Shown here piece by piece: positions 49,865 through 60,819 of a stretch of 64,000 nt of DNA. Both the position numbers and the translations under genes were made by a program. The notes beneath the pieces are model-generated. The model was not told where the DNA came from. It made no database searches and worked only from the letters and a program-made list of their open reading frames with translations. Origin of the DNA: Auanema rhodensis. Lineage: Eukaryota > Animalia > Nematoda. The DNA is taken from positions 12,028,001-12,092,000 of the forward strand of contig OZ059894.1 in the NCBI GenBank assembly GCA_964057225.1, given 5' to 3'. Position 1 is the stretch's first letter, and the number at the start of each line of letters is the position of its first letter.

Positions 49865-52800
49865 ATGTCCTCCGCTCAAAGATATATTCTCCAAATGGGG
49901 AGAGAATTAGAATTTTTGAATAAACTGAATTCTAAAGTTGAAAACTATAAGAAAATGACCGATTACTCAGAATTGTCTGAGCCGGTAAATCAAATTATTG
50001 CGCAAGAGAATGAATGTGCAAGAGTTAAAAATTACTTGAATATTTTGGAGAATAAACTCCAATCAATTGAAACCATTGAAATAAATTTTCAAAGAGTTTG
50101 TGAGCTTTTAGAAGAAGAGCTCCAAAAAGAATTAAACAAAAAATTTACAAAAATCGAAGAAGGTGAAAAAGGAGACATCCGTGGCAATGCCACGTTAATA
50201 ATTCTGGAATTAAATGACAAGTTGATATTCTTAAAAAACCTCATTGATAAAAATAAAGAAAAAATCAAAGATATGGAAATACAACTTGAATTACAACAAC
50301 TTCGGGAAAGAGTTGAATATACAGAAGAAAAAGAATATGAAAATTGTACAAACGAGGTACAAGAAAAACAAAACAGTTTACCCGATCAGGTAGTGCATGA
50401 TCAGCATGTTAATGAAGTAAGACTGATTAACCAAATACTGCAAAGACCCGTATTAAAAACTCCAACCTTTGACGGTACTCCGGAAAAATTCCCTTTATTC
50501 TGGGATAGATTCATGAGAATGATTGATAACAATGAATCTTTCTCTATAAGTGAAAAAGTGAACTTCCTATGTGAGTCCTTATCAGGTGAAGCCGAATATC
50601 TTCTTAGGGGAATTCCCGGTACCGAAGAAAACTATGAGTTTATGAAAAATTGTTTGAAGGAAGAATATTCCTCATACGCTGTTGATACAGCAACGCTGAT
50701 CAACAAGTTGAATAAGGTGCCAAAAGCTTCAAGACGAGCCGATAGTTGTGCTCAAACGCTAAGAGAGATAAAAGCTCTGCTGCGACAGATTCAAGCGGCG
50801 GGAGGATCTTTAACCAAAGAGCTTTATGTTGCTACCGTACTCAATAAATTCCCATTTGAAATAATCAAAGATATTCACATCAAACAAAATTTTGAATGGT
50901 CCCACGAGAAAATCATTGAACATATTTCGGCGCAAGTAAAACTACTACAGATGACTGAAAACACTGAATCACTGTATCTCAGTAACAATGAAAAAAGTAA
51001 AAATCCAGATGGTGATCAAACTAAAAAACAATTTCGATTGAATGAAGTTAAGGATTTGAAACAAAGAAGGAATTGCGTTTTTTGCGCGAACAATTCACAC
51101 AATAGCCATATGTGTCCTATTGAAACAACGGAAAAAAGGAAAATTTTAAGAGAAAAAAGGCTATGTTATGTATGCTTTGCAGACAATCATCAAAGCAAAA
51201 ACTGCACATGGCCAAAGTTTAAATGCAACAGCTGTCATGATGATCACAACATTTCAGTTTGTTACCAAAATAAAAGAAATCAGAATAGAAATGGAGTCAT
51301 CACCAACATTTCTTTACAAAGGGGTAATGATGAAGAAAAGACCAGAAATAATCAAACAATTATTCCAAAGAAAGCACATGAAGAACCCACAAGTTTAACC
51401 ACAATTGTTGGTAATCATGACGTAGAAAAAGGCCAAATAATTTTACGAACAGCAAAAGCAAATTTGTTCAATTACAATAGCGATAGTTATGAGAAAGTTA
51501 ACATTATTTTTGATGATTGTTCTCAACGATCTTTTATCAGAGAAGATCTAGCAAAAAGGATGAAACTACCAGTTAAATCCAAACAAAGAAAAACATTTCA
51601 TGGTATTGGAGGAATGAAACATTCTCATGTTTCAAGTATAGTAAACACAATATTCTATACTAAAGAGAAAAATTTAATTGTAACTGAAATGCTCACTAAG
51701 CCAAAAATCAGTTCCCACATATATAGTCCTTATCTTTCAAGAAAGGATTTGAGCTTCATTAAAGAAAATAATATTATATTAGCCAATACCGATACAAATG
51801 GGGAAGTTTTTGAACCGGATGTTTTGATTGGACAAGATAGATTAAAATTGTTCGTAAAAGACAATGAAGAATTCAGACTTCCCTCTGATCTTTTATGTAA
51901 AGGATCTGTATTTGGAACTCTTATAAATGGAGAAACTAAACTTGAAAAAATTGTAACTCTGTGTAGCATTGAAGAGGAACAAAGTCATGAACCACCTCCA
52001 GAAACAAAACTGAAAGAACTTTTCCTTATCGATACTATTGGAATAAGCACCATAGTAGATAACAATGCAGAAGCAGAGAATTATCTTAAAGAATATAGTA
52101 AAGAACTATCCATTAAAGCCGGGAGAATTGAAGCTCCGTTTCCATTTAAAAATTATTTGAATAAATTGAAAAATAATAAATGGCCAGCTTTTCATAGATT
52201 CATGACATTATGGAAAAATCTACACTCTAATAAAGAACAACTAGAATGGTATAAAAAATTAATAAATGAATACATTCAAAAAGGAATTATCGAGCCAATT
52301 GTTGATGAATCAGCCGAAGATGGATTTTTCTTACCACATCATGGAGTGTGGAGAAAAGAAAAAGCTCGACCTTTAAGAATCGTGTTTGATGCTTCAGCAA
52401 AACAAAAAAATAGTCCATCGTTGAACCAAGTTATGCATTCAGGCCAAACATTTATTCACAAAATTCATGATATATTAATAAAATGTAGAAAAAGTCCAAT
52501 AATAATAACCTGCGACATTGAGTCAGCATTTTTACAAATAAGTATTAAAGAAGAGCACAGAAAATATTGTAAATTTTTCTGGATTAGAAACGAAAATGAA
52601 TCGGTAAATAAATATAACGTCATGACATACCAATTCAAACGGCTACCATTTGGTATAACAGCGTCCCCGGGTATATTAAGCATGAGCTTAGCTTGGTACC
52701 TCAATAATCATACCGACCCTTACGCTAGTCACTTGCTCGATTCTTTATATGTTGACAATATAATTTTATATGCAAACAGTGTTGAAGAAGCTAAGATAAA

Positions 52801-55800
52801 ATGCGAAAAAGCCAAGAAAATCTTACAAGGCATTTCTATGAATTTAAGAGAATTTATGAGCAACAATCCAAAAGTTACTGAAGATATGAACAATGAAGAC
52901 AAATACCCACATAATACTACCAAAATTTTGGGTTTAAATTATGATACAAAATTAGATTTATTCGTTCTTATACTTAAATTAAAGAAATTTGAAATCAATA
53001 CGCACAGGAACATGTTAAGTCAAATACATTCAATATTTGATCCATTAGGTATGGCAAGCCCATTGATTTTACCATTAAAATTATTATTAAGAGAATCAAG
53101 TGATCAATTCAAGGGTTGGGATGTTGAATTACCCCAAGAAATAACACATAAATGGAATTTAGTCATAAATGAATTATTAAATGAAAAGGAATTGAGACTT
53201 GAAAGAAAGTTAAACCTGAATGACTCTATATTATGGGTATTTACTGATGCTAGTAAACTAGCCATTGCTGCCTGCACATACATTGAAACCAATGGTAAAA
53301 TAAGCCAACTTGTAAGCGGAAAGTCGAAAATTGCAAAAAAGGGAAATCTAACTATCCCAAGACTAGAACTCATTGCCATACTATTAGGTATTATGTTAGC
53401 TGATAATATCACATCTACAACCAATCACCTTAAAACTGTACACGTAGCCAGTGACAGTAAGGTAGCCTTACATTGGATAGCTAACCATCAGAAAACTTTA
53501 CCACCATATGTAGGCTGTCGCGTCGACAATGTAAGGAAGTATATAGATAAATTGAAGGAAAATAACATTAAAATCAAACTTTTTCATGTGAATGGTGATT
53601 ATAACCCAGCCGATATTGGTTCTCGAGGAGCTTGTCTCCAAGAACTAAGTGATTCTATGTGGATTAAAGGACCACAATGGTTAACCCAAACAAAGTCACA
53701 CATTGAAGAAATTGAATATGAGCCTATTTGGAATATAACAACCTTGATCGATACCGTTGAACAACAACAAATAACACAAATACCAGTTGAAGATATATTC
53801 AAATTACGTAGCAACAACTATACCTTACTGAAAACTATAGTTAAATTAAGTAAATTCTTGAGACATTGGATCATAAAAGTACATCCCACAGCTATAACAA
53901 GGTTAAATAAAGTAATGCAATTAGATGAAAACTGGCAAACTACAGCTAATGATATTGAGATTATAACCAAACTACTAATAAGTAAAGCACAACAGCATGT
54001 AACAATAGATCTCCTCACGAAAAAACATGAAGGTTTTGTATTTTTTCTCGATGAAGAAATAATCAGAGTTCGTAGTAGATTGAACAACTCGGAATTACCG
54101 TTTGAAACTCAAAATCCCATATATCTTCCAAGGGATTCTCCGTACACAGAACACATAATTATGCATTTACACAGAGAATGCATGCACCAAGGAAGAGATT
54201 TTGTTCTAACACTCTTGCGTCAAAAATACTTTTTAAATAAACCATCAAGCATAGTCAGATCAGTTCTCAAAACATGCACAATCTGCAATAGATACAACGC
54301 TTTGCCGTTTGGAACGTCCTTAATGCCAGCATTGCCTAAGGATAGAGTAATTCTAACAAAACCATTCATGAGTACAGGTTGTGACTTATTAGGTCCAATA
54401 ACCATAAAGGATGGTAAAAAGATATTTATATGTCTGTTTACTTGTTTAGCTATAAGAGCTATACACTTAGAAATAGTTTTTGACCAATCAACAAAGGCAT
54501 TCTTAAACGCTTTCGAAAGGTTCATTGGAAGAAGAGGTATTCCAGAAATAATACGAAGCGATAATGGAGGAAATTTCTTATTAAGTGCTAAAGTAATAGA
54601 ATTTTACACAGAAAACCATGAATCTAAAAATGAAAAAACATTAACCAATTATCTTGCCGAAAAGAATATTAAATGGTACTTCAACACACCACAGGCTCCA
54701 TGGAAAGGTGGAACATGGGAAAGACTAGTAGGACTAACAAAGTTAGCACTATACAAAACAATTGGAAATAGATTAATGTCAATTGATGATATACATACAG
54801 TAATTGTAAAAATCGAAACAATTTTGAATACTCGCCCGCTTACACATCCGAACCCATCCAACCTGAACATTTTGCCTATCAGACCTTGTGATTTTTTAAA
54901 CCGTTCCATCAGGTTTACACTTTCTTCAAACGTATCGAATACCCGAATTTATGATAAAACTATCAATAGCAGGACAATACAAACTATAGAGCAAGCCATT
55001 GAAGCAATAGAGTTATCTAACGATGTAACTCAATTATTCTGGAAAAAATTCTATTCAGAGTATTTACTGTATCTTAGAGATATTTACAAACACAACAGAA
55101 AACAACCTGCAACGAACGCTAAGAAACCACAAGAAGGCGAAGTTATTATAATACAAAATGAGGATTCAAGTAGAGGTAAATGGAAATTAGGACGCATAAT
55201 AGAACTAATAAAAAGTGCAGATGGGGAAGTTAGATCTGCAAAACTAATAACTGGCACTGGTCTCATAACAACTCGTTCATTAAATCACATATATCCACTA
55301 GAAGTGAGAAACGCAGAAGCAGCACCGTTTGCGTCAGAACCTCACTCAATGAGATACAATAAAAAATACCAAGTGAATCCATTTTTAATCACCGGGACGG
55401 TAACACAAAAAGGAAATCGGGTTGAAAATATTGAAATTATTGAAAATACTCAAGAAAGTGAACAAAGTAACAATGTAATACCACTCGAAATCTATACACC
55501 CAACATGAATATCATCAACGACGCAGGAGACGAAAATGATGCTAATAATACGAACTTAGAACAAGAGGAAGATCAAACAAATGAGATAACTCTTCAAACC
55601 GAAAATGAATCCAAACCTTCAAATCTAAATAGATGGTTCAGAACAAAAACACAGGGTAGTCAAGCAGCGGTAAGAAGTTATTTTAAGAAAAATAAAATAA
55701 AAACAAATGTTCCAAAAGTAGCTCTTCTTGGAATAATTCCAACGATTGAGGCTACATGCCAATCCTCTGAATTGCTTACAGCGGAAGCATTATATTTCCC

Positions 55801-56242
55801 ACAATGTAATCCATTAACGACTTTGATAACATTTTTCATACCAATTATACTATTATTTACTATATTAGCAATTTGTAAAAGAGTATTGAAAGCTCATAAA
55901 AATGACCAATATTGGTATAAATTTTTAAATGATAATTGGCAAACGATACAAACCGAAGTTAGAAGTGGAAAACCTAATTCAAAAATATTAACAAGTTCAG
56001 ACGATGTAGCCGTACAAAAGGAAAACACAGTAGCCACGAAATTTGACAATGTAACTCCAAAATGGAAAAATGATATTCCAGAAACTATTAAAATTCCAAA
56101 TTACATGAGAACATCATCATTCACTTCATTACAATTATCGATAGCACTCATGGTATTATTAATAACAGTGGAATCTTGTTCAAACTCACATATTAAGCAT
56201 TCAATAAATATAATTTGCATTAATCGGACAAATTGTTATTAA
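49865..56242 (+). CDS. BEL/Pao Gag-Pol polyprotein (first ATG 49865; frame open from 49781), truncated at the start of Env by the duplication junction
   Basis: PTFDG..FW..F gag; triple CCHC knuckles; IFDDCSQRSFI protease; RIVFDAS and YVDN RT; FTDAS, IPRLEL and NPADIGSRG RNase H; H..H..C..C, SDNG and GGTWERLV integrase. Confidence 0.95.
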   Translation: MSSAQRYILQMGRELEFLNKLNSKVENYKKMTDYSELSEPVNQIIAQENECARVKNYLNILENKLQSIETIEINFQRVCELLEEELQKELNKKFTKIEEGEKGDIRGNATLIILELNDKLIFLKNLIDKNKEKIKDMEIQLELQQLRERVEYTEEKEYENCTNEVQEKQNSLPDQVVHDQHVNEVRLINQILQRPVLKTPTFDGTPEKFPLFWDRFMRMIDNNESFSISEKVNFLCESLSGEAEYLLRGIPGTEENYEFMKNCLKEEYSSYAVDTATLINKLNKVPKASRRADSCAQTLREIKALLRQIQAAGGSLTKELYVATVLNKFPFEIIKDIHIKQNFEWSHEKIIEHISAQVKLLQMTENTESLYLSNNEKSKNPDGDQTKKQFRLNEVKDLKQRRNCVFCANNSHNSHMCPIETTEKRKILREKRLCYVCFADNHQSKNCTWPKFKCNSCHDDHNISVCYQNKRNQNRNGVITNISLQRGNDEEKTRNNQTIIPKKAHEEPTSLTTIVGNHDVEKGQIILRTAKANLFNYNSDSYEKVNIIFDDCSQRSFIREDLAKRMKLPVKSKQRKTFHGIGGMKHSHVSSIVNTIFYTKEKNLIVTEMLTKPKISSHIYSPYLSRKDLSFIKENNIILANTDTNGEVFEPDVLIGQDRLKLFVKDNEEFRLPSDLLCKGSVFGTLINGETKLEKIVTLCSIEEEQSHEPPPETKLKELFLIDTIGISTIVDNNAEAENYLKEYSKELSIKAGRIEAPFPFKNYLNKLKNNKWPAFHRFMTLWKNLHSNKEQLEWYKKLINEYIQKGIIEPIVDESAEDGFFLPHHGVWRKEKARPLRIVFDASAKQKNSPSLNQVMHSGQTFIHKIHDILIKCRKSPIIITCDIESAFLQISIKEEHRKYCKFFWIRNENESVNKYNVMTYQFKRLPFGITASPGILSMSLAWYLNNHTDPYASHLLDSLYVDNIILYANSVEEAKIKCEKAKKILQGISMNLREFMSNNPKVTEDMNNEDKYPHNTTKILGLNYDTKLDLFVLILKLKKFEINTHRNMLSQIHSIFDPLGMASPLILPLKLLLRESSDQFKGWDVELPQEITHKWNLVINELLNEKELRLERKLNLNDSILWVFTDASKLAIAACTYIETNGKISQLVSGKSKIAKKGNLTIPRLELIAILLGIMLADNITSTTNHLKTVHVASDSKVALHWIANHQKTLPPYVGCRVDNVRKYIDKLKENNIKIKLFHVNGDYNPADIGSRGACLQELSDSMWIKGPQWLTQTKSHIEEIEYEPIWNITTLIDTVEQQQITQIPVEDIFKLRSNNYTLLKTIVKLSKFLRHWIIKVHPTAITRLNKVMQLDENWQTTANDIEIITKLLISKAQQHVTIDLLTKKHEGFVFFLDEEIIRVRSRLNNSELPFETQNPIYLPRDSPYTEHIIMHLHRECMHQGRDFVLTLLRQKYFLNKPSSIVRSVLKTCTICNRYNALPFGTSLMPALPKDRVILTKPFMSTGCDLLGPITIKDGKKIFICLFTCLAIRAIHLEIVFDQSTKAFLNAFERFIGRRGIPEIIRSDNGGNFLLSAKVIEFYTENHESKNEKTLTNYLAEKNIKWYFNTPQAPWKGGTWERLVGLTKLALYKTIGNRLMSIDDIHTVIVKIETILNTRPLTHPNPSNLNILPIRPCDFLNRSIRFTLSSNVSNTRIYDKTINSRTIQTIEQAIEAIELSNDVTQLFWKKFYSEYLLYLRDIYKHNRKQPATNAKKPQEGEVIIIQNEDSSRGKWKLGRIIELIKSADGEVRSAKLITGTGLITTRSLNHIYPLEVRNAEAAPFASEPHSMRYNKKYQVNPFLITGTVTQKGNRVENIEIIENTQESEQSNNVIPLEIYTPNMNIINDAGDENDANNTNLEQEEDQTNEITLQTENESKPSNLNRWFRTKTQGSQAAVRSYFKKNKIKTNVPKVALLGIIPTIEATCQSSELLTAEALYFPQCNPLTTLITFFIPIILLFTILAICKRVLKAHKNDQYWYKFLNDNWQTIQTEVRSGKPNSKILTSSDDVAVQKENTVATKFDNVTPKWKNDIPETIKIPNYMRTSSFTSLQLSIALMVLLITVESCSNSHIKHSINIICINRTNCY

Positions 56243-57890
56243 AGTAATAGAATTTTACACAGAAAACCATGAATCTAAAAATGAAAAAACATTAACCAAT
56301 TATCTTGCCGAAAAGAATATTAAATGGTACTTCAACACACCACAGGCTCCATGGAAAGGTGGAACATGGGAAAGACTAGTAGGACTAACAAAGTTAGCAC
56401 TATACAAAACAATTGGAAATAGATTAATGTCAATTGATGATATACATACAGTAATTGTAAAAATCGAAACAATTTTGAATACTCGCCCGCTTACACATCC
56501 GAACCCATCCAACCTGAACATTTTGCCTATCAGACCTTGTGATTTTTTAAACCGTTCCATCAGGTTTACACTTTCTTCAAACGTATCGAATACCCGAATT
56601 TATGATAAAACTATCAATAGCAGGACAATACAAACTATAGAGCAAGCCATTGAAGCAATAGAGTTATCTAACGATGTAACTCAATTATTCTGGAAAAAAT
56701 TCTATTCAGAGTATTTACTGTATCTTAGAGATATTTACAAACACAACAGAAAACAACCTGCAACGAACGCTAAGAAACCACAAGAAGGCGAAGTTATTAT
56801 AATACAAAATGAGGATTCAAGTAGAGGTAAATGGAAATTAGGACGCATAATAGAACTAATAAAAAGTGCAGATGGGGAAGTTAGATCTGCAAAACTAATA
56901 ACTGGCACTGGTCTCATAACAACTCGTTCATTAAATCACATATATCCACTAGAAGTGAGAAACGCAGAAGCAGCACCGTTTGCGTCAGAACCTCACTCAA
57001 TGAGATACAATAAAAAATACCAAGTGAATCCATTTTTAATCACCGGGACGGTAACACAAAAAGGAAATCGGGTTGAAAATATTGAAATTATTGAAAATAC
57101 TCAAGAAAGTGAACAAAGTAACAATGTAATACCACTCGAAATCTATACACCCAACATGAATATCATCAACGACGCAGGAGACGAAAATGATGCTAATAAT
57201 ACGAACTTAGAACAAGAGGAAGATCAAACAAATGAGATAACTCTTCAAACCGAAAATGAATCCAAACCTTCAAATCTAAATAGATGGTTCAGAACAAAAA
57301 CACAGGGTAGTCAAGCAGCGGTAAGAAGTTATTTTAAGAAAAATAAAATAAAAACAAATGTTCCAAAAGTAGCTCTTCTTGGAATAATTCCAACGATTGA
57401 GGCTACATGCCAATCCTCTGAATTGCTTACAGCGGAAGCATTATATTTCCCACAATGTAATCCATTAACGACTTTGATAACATTTTTCATACCAATTATA
57501 CTATTATTTACTATATTAGCAATTTGTAAAAGAGTATTGAAAGCTCATAAAAATGACCAATATTGGTATAAATTTTTAAATGATAATTGGCAAACGATAC
57601 AAACCGAAGTTAGAAGTGGAAAACCTAATTCAAAAATATTAACAAGTTCAGACGATGTAGCCGTACAAAAGGAAAACACAGTAGCCACGAAATTTGACAA
57701 TGTAACTCCAAAATGGAAAAATGATATTCCAGAAACTATTAAAATTCCAAATTACATGAGAACATCATCATTCACTTCATTACAATTATCGATAGCACTC
57801 ATGGTATTATTAATAACAGTGGAATCTTGTTCAAACTCACATATTAAGCATTCAATAAATATAATTTGCATTAATCGGACAAATTGTTAT
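54589..57890 (+). repeat. 1651-bp perfect tandem duplication (54589-56239 / 56240-57890)
   Basis: TAAAGTAATAGAATTTTACAC restarts at 56240, and the peptide is duplicated in both ORFs. Confidence 0.95.
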
Positions 57891-59348
57891 CAAGAATACG
57901 ATAATGAAATCAATTTCAATAAAGGCATAAGAGACGCTTGCTTAGAATTCATTTACCAAAATAAATCTATCGGTAAAATAGAAATAACGAAAAAACCAAC
58001 AGAATACATTTGCCAGAAAAGTACGCTATATTATACTCGAGAAAGCACAATTCAATACAAAACTCGATATTCCTGTTATGGAACAGGATCTTGTAATCAC
58101 ACTTGTGAAGCTATAAATCCTATTGGACAATTACAAGAATTTGATAAAGAAGAAGGACCAACACAAGTTGGTTGTGCTAGGCGATGTGGCTCTCTTTTCT
58201 GCGGATGTTGGTCTCTAGAAGACGGTTGCTCATTCTATCAAACTGAATTTAAACCAATCAATGAAATAGTTTATGAAATAGTAGAATGTGATTCTTGGGA
58301 AATGAATATACCATTAGAGGTAAAGTATGATCTATTTAAACACAAAGCCAATATTAATATTCTTTTAAAACCATACGACACTGTTAATTTTCCAAACTTT
58401 AATATAAGCTCAATCTCCCATATTGTACCACCAACCCGATATTTAAACACCAAATATGCATTATCAACCATAAACAGTTATTACATGGAACCTCATACTA
58501 TGAGTGAAGTAGCATGCAAAACCAAAGATCAAACTACAAATGAATTTAACTCTTGTAAAATACTGAAGTTATGTAACTGTAAAATATCAAAAAGGGAAGA
58601 GCTAACATGTACCTGTCCATCTGATAATATTTTCAATCAGGCAAACTTATTACCAATGAACACCAAGAACACCCTAATTACCATGAAAGAAAACAAATTA
58701 ACACTTATTCCTCAAACTGATGAATCAACTGTTGTTCTTCAACTACAAGGGAATGTGTCGTCTCGTACCTTCCTGTACGACTTTCCTTGTCGACCGGAAT
58801 TTAAAAAACTTTCCGGGTGTCACAGCTGTAGAAGAACGGCTGTTGCCGAGTTTATGTGTATATCACAAAAGGATTCTTGGATCACAATGCAATGTAGTGA
58901 GAACATATACATGATTGAATGCGCCCCACACATGCCACTTACTGCTGTGGAATATTACTCAGAACATTCTGAAATCTATGAAGAATGCTTCGTAACATGT
59001 GCTAATGAAAAACACCGCGTGATCATACAAGGAACATTACAATGGGATAGTAAAATCCCAGATGTTGAAAAAACAATCATCAACATTGTGACAAATGCTA
59101 ACACCTGGAGAAACATTTTGGATGTAATTAAAACAAATTGGGCATTATCATTATGCTTCCTCCTGATAACTGTTTTTATACCAGTATTATCTTATATAAT
59201 AGGAGTACAAGCAATAATTGTAATCATCATAATCATACAAAAATTAATCGTTCAGATGATAAAAATTGTAATGATCATTACATCATTACTGAGAAAAATG
59301 CTCAGGAATCCTAGACACAGAGCTGAGTCTAGCACAAATAAAAATTAG
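56427..59348 (+). CDS. Duplicated integrase C-terminus + phlebovirus Gc-like envelope glycoprotein
   Basis: Signal-like LSIALMVLLITVESC; Cys motifs SCYGTGSC, CARRCGSLFCGCW..DGCSFY and LSGCHSC; C-terminal TM segment. Confidence 0.88.
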   Translation: MSIDDIHTVIVKIETILNTRPLTHPNPSNLNILPIRPCDFLNRSIRFTLSSNVSNTRIYDKTINSRTIQTIEQAIEAIELSNDVTQLFWKKFYSEYLLYLRDIYKHNRKQPATNAKKPQEGEVIIIQNEDSSRGKWKLGRIIELIKSADGEVRSAKLITGTGLITTRSLNHIYPLEVRNAEAAPFASEPHSMRYNKKYQVNPFLITGTVTQKGNRVENIEIIENTQESEQSNNVIPLEIYTPNMNIINDAGDENDANNTNLEQEEDQTNEITLQTENESKPSNLNRWFRTKTQGSQAAVRSYFKKNKIKTNVPKVALLGIIPTIEATCQSSELLTAEALYFPQCNPLTTLITFFIPIILLFTILAICKRVLKAHKNDQYWYKFLNDNWQTIQTEVRSGKPNSKILTSSDDVAVQKENTVATKFDNVTPKWKNDIPETIKIPNYMRTSSFTSLQLSIALMVLLITVESCSNSHIKHSINIICINRTNCYQEYDNEINFNKGIRDACLEFIYQNKSIGKIEITKKPTEYICQKSTLYYTRESTIQYKTRYSCYGTGSCNHTCEAINPIGQLQEFDKEEGPTQVGCARRCGSLFCGCWSLEDGCSFYQTEFKPINEIVYEIVECDSWEMNIPLEVKYDLFKHKANINILLKPYDTVNFPNFNISSISHIVPPTRYLNTKYALSTINSYYMEPHTMSEVACKTKDQTTNEFNSCKILKLCNCKISKREELTCTCPSDNIFNQANLLPMNTKNTLITMKENKLTLIPQTDESTVVLQLQGNVSSRTFLYDFPCRPEFKKLSGCHSCRRTAVAEFMCISQKDSWITMQCSENIYMIECAPHMPLTAVEYYSEHSEIYEECFVTCANEKHRVIIQGTLQWDSKIPDVEKTIINIVTNANTWRNILDVIKTNWALSLCFLLITVFIPVLSYIIGVQAIIVIIIIIQKLIVQMIKIVMIITSLLRKMLRNPRHRAESSTNKN

Positions 59349-59466
59349 AACACTAATCTTACTGTAGTAATAAAAAAAAAAAAAAAAACTTTATTAATTA
59401 GCTATAAGAACAGTTTAAAAACACAAAAAAAAAAAAAAAAAAAAAAACAAAAACAAAACAAAAACA

Positions 59467-59905
59467 CTATATACTTGAAATATCTGGATACCCCTCACCA
59501 TCATCGTCTGACATCTACAACAATACTTACATTCACAGTTAAAATATATAAGCTTACCTCCTCACGTTCGTGGTGGCGGGGGTTCTTTGCCCTGCAGAAT
59601 CTGCAGTTGGGAGGCAACGGCATCCTCGAGAACATGTAGATGAGCTGCTCCCGAGTTGGCTCGACTCCATCCTCCGGATAAAGCTCATCGTCTGTCATCT
59701 GCAACAATACTGAGATAAAATAAAATAAACAAATAAATAAATAAATTAAATTAAATTAAAAAAAAAAAAAAAAAAAAAATAATAAGCTTACCGGGCCCTC
59801 CCGTATGCGATGAGTATCTTGCGCCTTGCATCGTTCGCATAGTTCATATGGACCGAGCTCGTCTTCTCCAATCTCCTCTTCAACCTGATACTGTAATTGT
59901 GACAT
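59467..59905 (-). CDS. Predicted three-exon antisense gene, 100 aa (exons 59905-59792, 59698-59558, 59514-59467)
   Basis: GC-rich blocks bounded by TTGTTG(C/T)AG|ATG and |GTAAGCTTA; phase-0 introns of 93 and 43 nt; open frame to TAG. Confidence 0.72.
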
Positions 59906-60357
59906 CTGCAACAATTACAACTATAAAAATAAAAAAAAATAAAAATAAAAATAAAATAAAAAATAAAAATAAAGTCAAGAGGGAAGTACAAAAACTTCAC
60001 GAATACAATAAAAAATTAAATTACTAATCACACGTAGTACAATAGTAAAAAATATAAACAAAGCAAAAATAGGTCATAAAATAATATAAACAAAAGAAAA
60101 TCACTACATATAGAAACAAATGCAACAGTTATAAACAAACAAATCTTTTTATCAAGATCTTCAATCTTTGATAACATCAAGTTTATTTATCCGAATAATA
60201 TACATAAAAAGTAATCCTTTGTACAGGCTTTTTATACATTGTATCCGTAAACACATACTATTCTACAATAAACTAAGGGACGTTTATCATAGGTCAACCC
60301 ACAGATGCGAACAAATATATAAAGAGGGAAACCATTGTTTTTCTCAATTCAGTGCTA

Positions 60358-60819
60358 ATGGATGAAATAACGTCCAATTTAAGTGAGAACACTTCCTTTG
60401 AGGAAGATCTCAAAAATTATTCTCATCTACCCAACACCACTGCCAACCTAAGGCAGCTAATGGTTCTAGAGAAAAGGTTTTATGATAACCTCGCCAGCGC
60501 TGTCAACCACATTTCCGCGCGCCTGGATAACATCAACAACACACTGAATCTAAAGCTCGATAATTTAGCTGTTCAGACGGCTCCTAAAGCCTCCTGCATA
60601 TTCTGCAACAAGCCTACAGCTGATGGCCATCGTACAGCTGCTTGTCCGATTTACCCCTCGTCCCCAGAGCGTACCATACGCTTACACGAATTGGGACTAT
60701 GCATAAAATGTTTGAACCCAAAACATTCAGCAATGTGCGAAGTATCCTGCTATAAGTGCAAGGCCGATACTCACCATGGGGTGGTCTGTGGTGACGTCAA
60801 ACGTAAAAGATATGCATAA
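60358..60819 (+). CDS. Accessory 3' ORF: coiled-coil + triple Cys/His zinc knuckle (153 aa from ATG)
   Basis: CIFC..H....C..R..L..LGLCIKCL..H...C...CYKC...HH..VC, the same pattern as BEL Gag knuckles. Ends 9 bp before the 3' LTR. Confidence 0.78.
   Translation: MDEITSNLSENTSFEEDLKNYSHLPNTTANLRQLMVLEKRFYDNLASAVNHISARLDNINNTLNLKLDNLAVQTAPKASCIFCNKPTADGHRTAACPIYPSSPERTIRLHELGLCIKCLNPKHSAMCEVSCYKCKADTHHGVVCGDVKRKRYA

Noticed and set aside
59784-59798. AAGCTTAC/ACCGGGCCC and LTR TACTTGGA matches to 5S near the insertion site (guide-like targeting?)
   Set aside because: 8-9 nt matches are expected by chance in 12 kb, and the first is explained by a splice donor and exon end.
59501-60000. Unspliced 68-aa and 70-aa minus-strand ORFs from the track
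   Set aside because: They run through poly-T intron-like sequence. The spliced three-exon model explains the region better.
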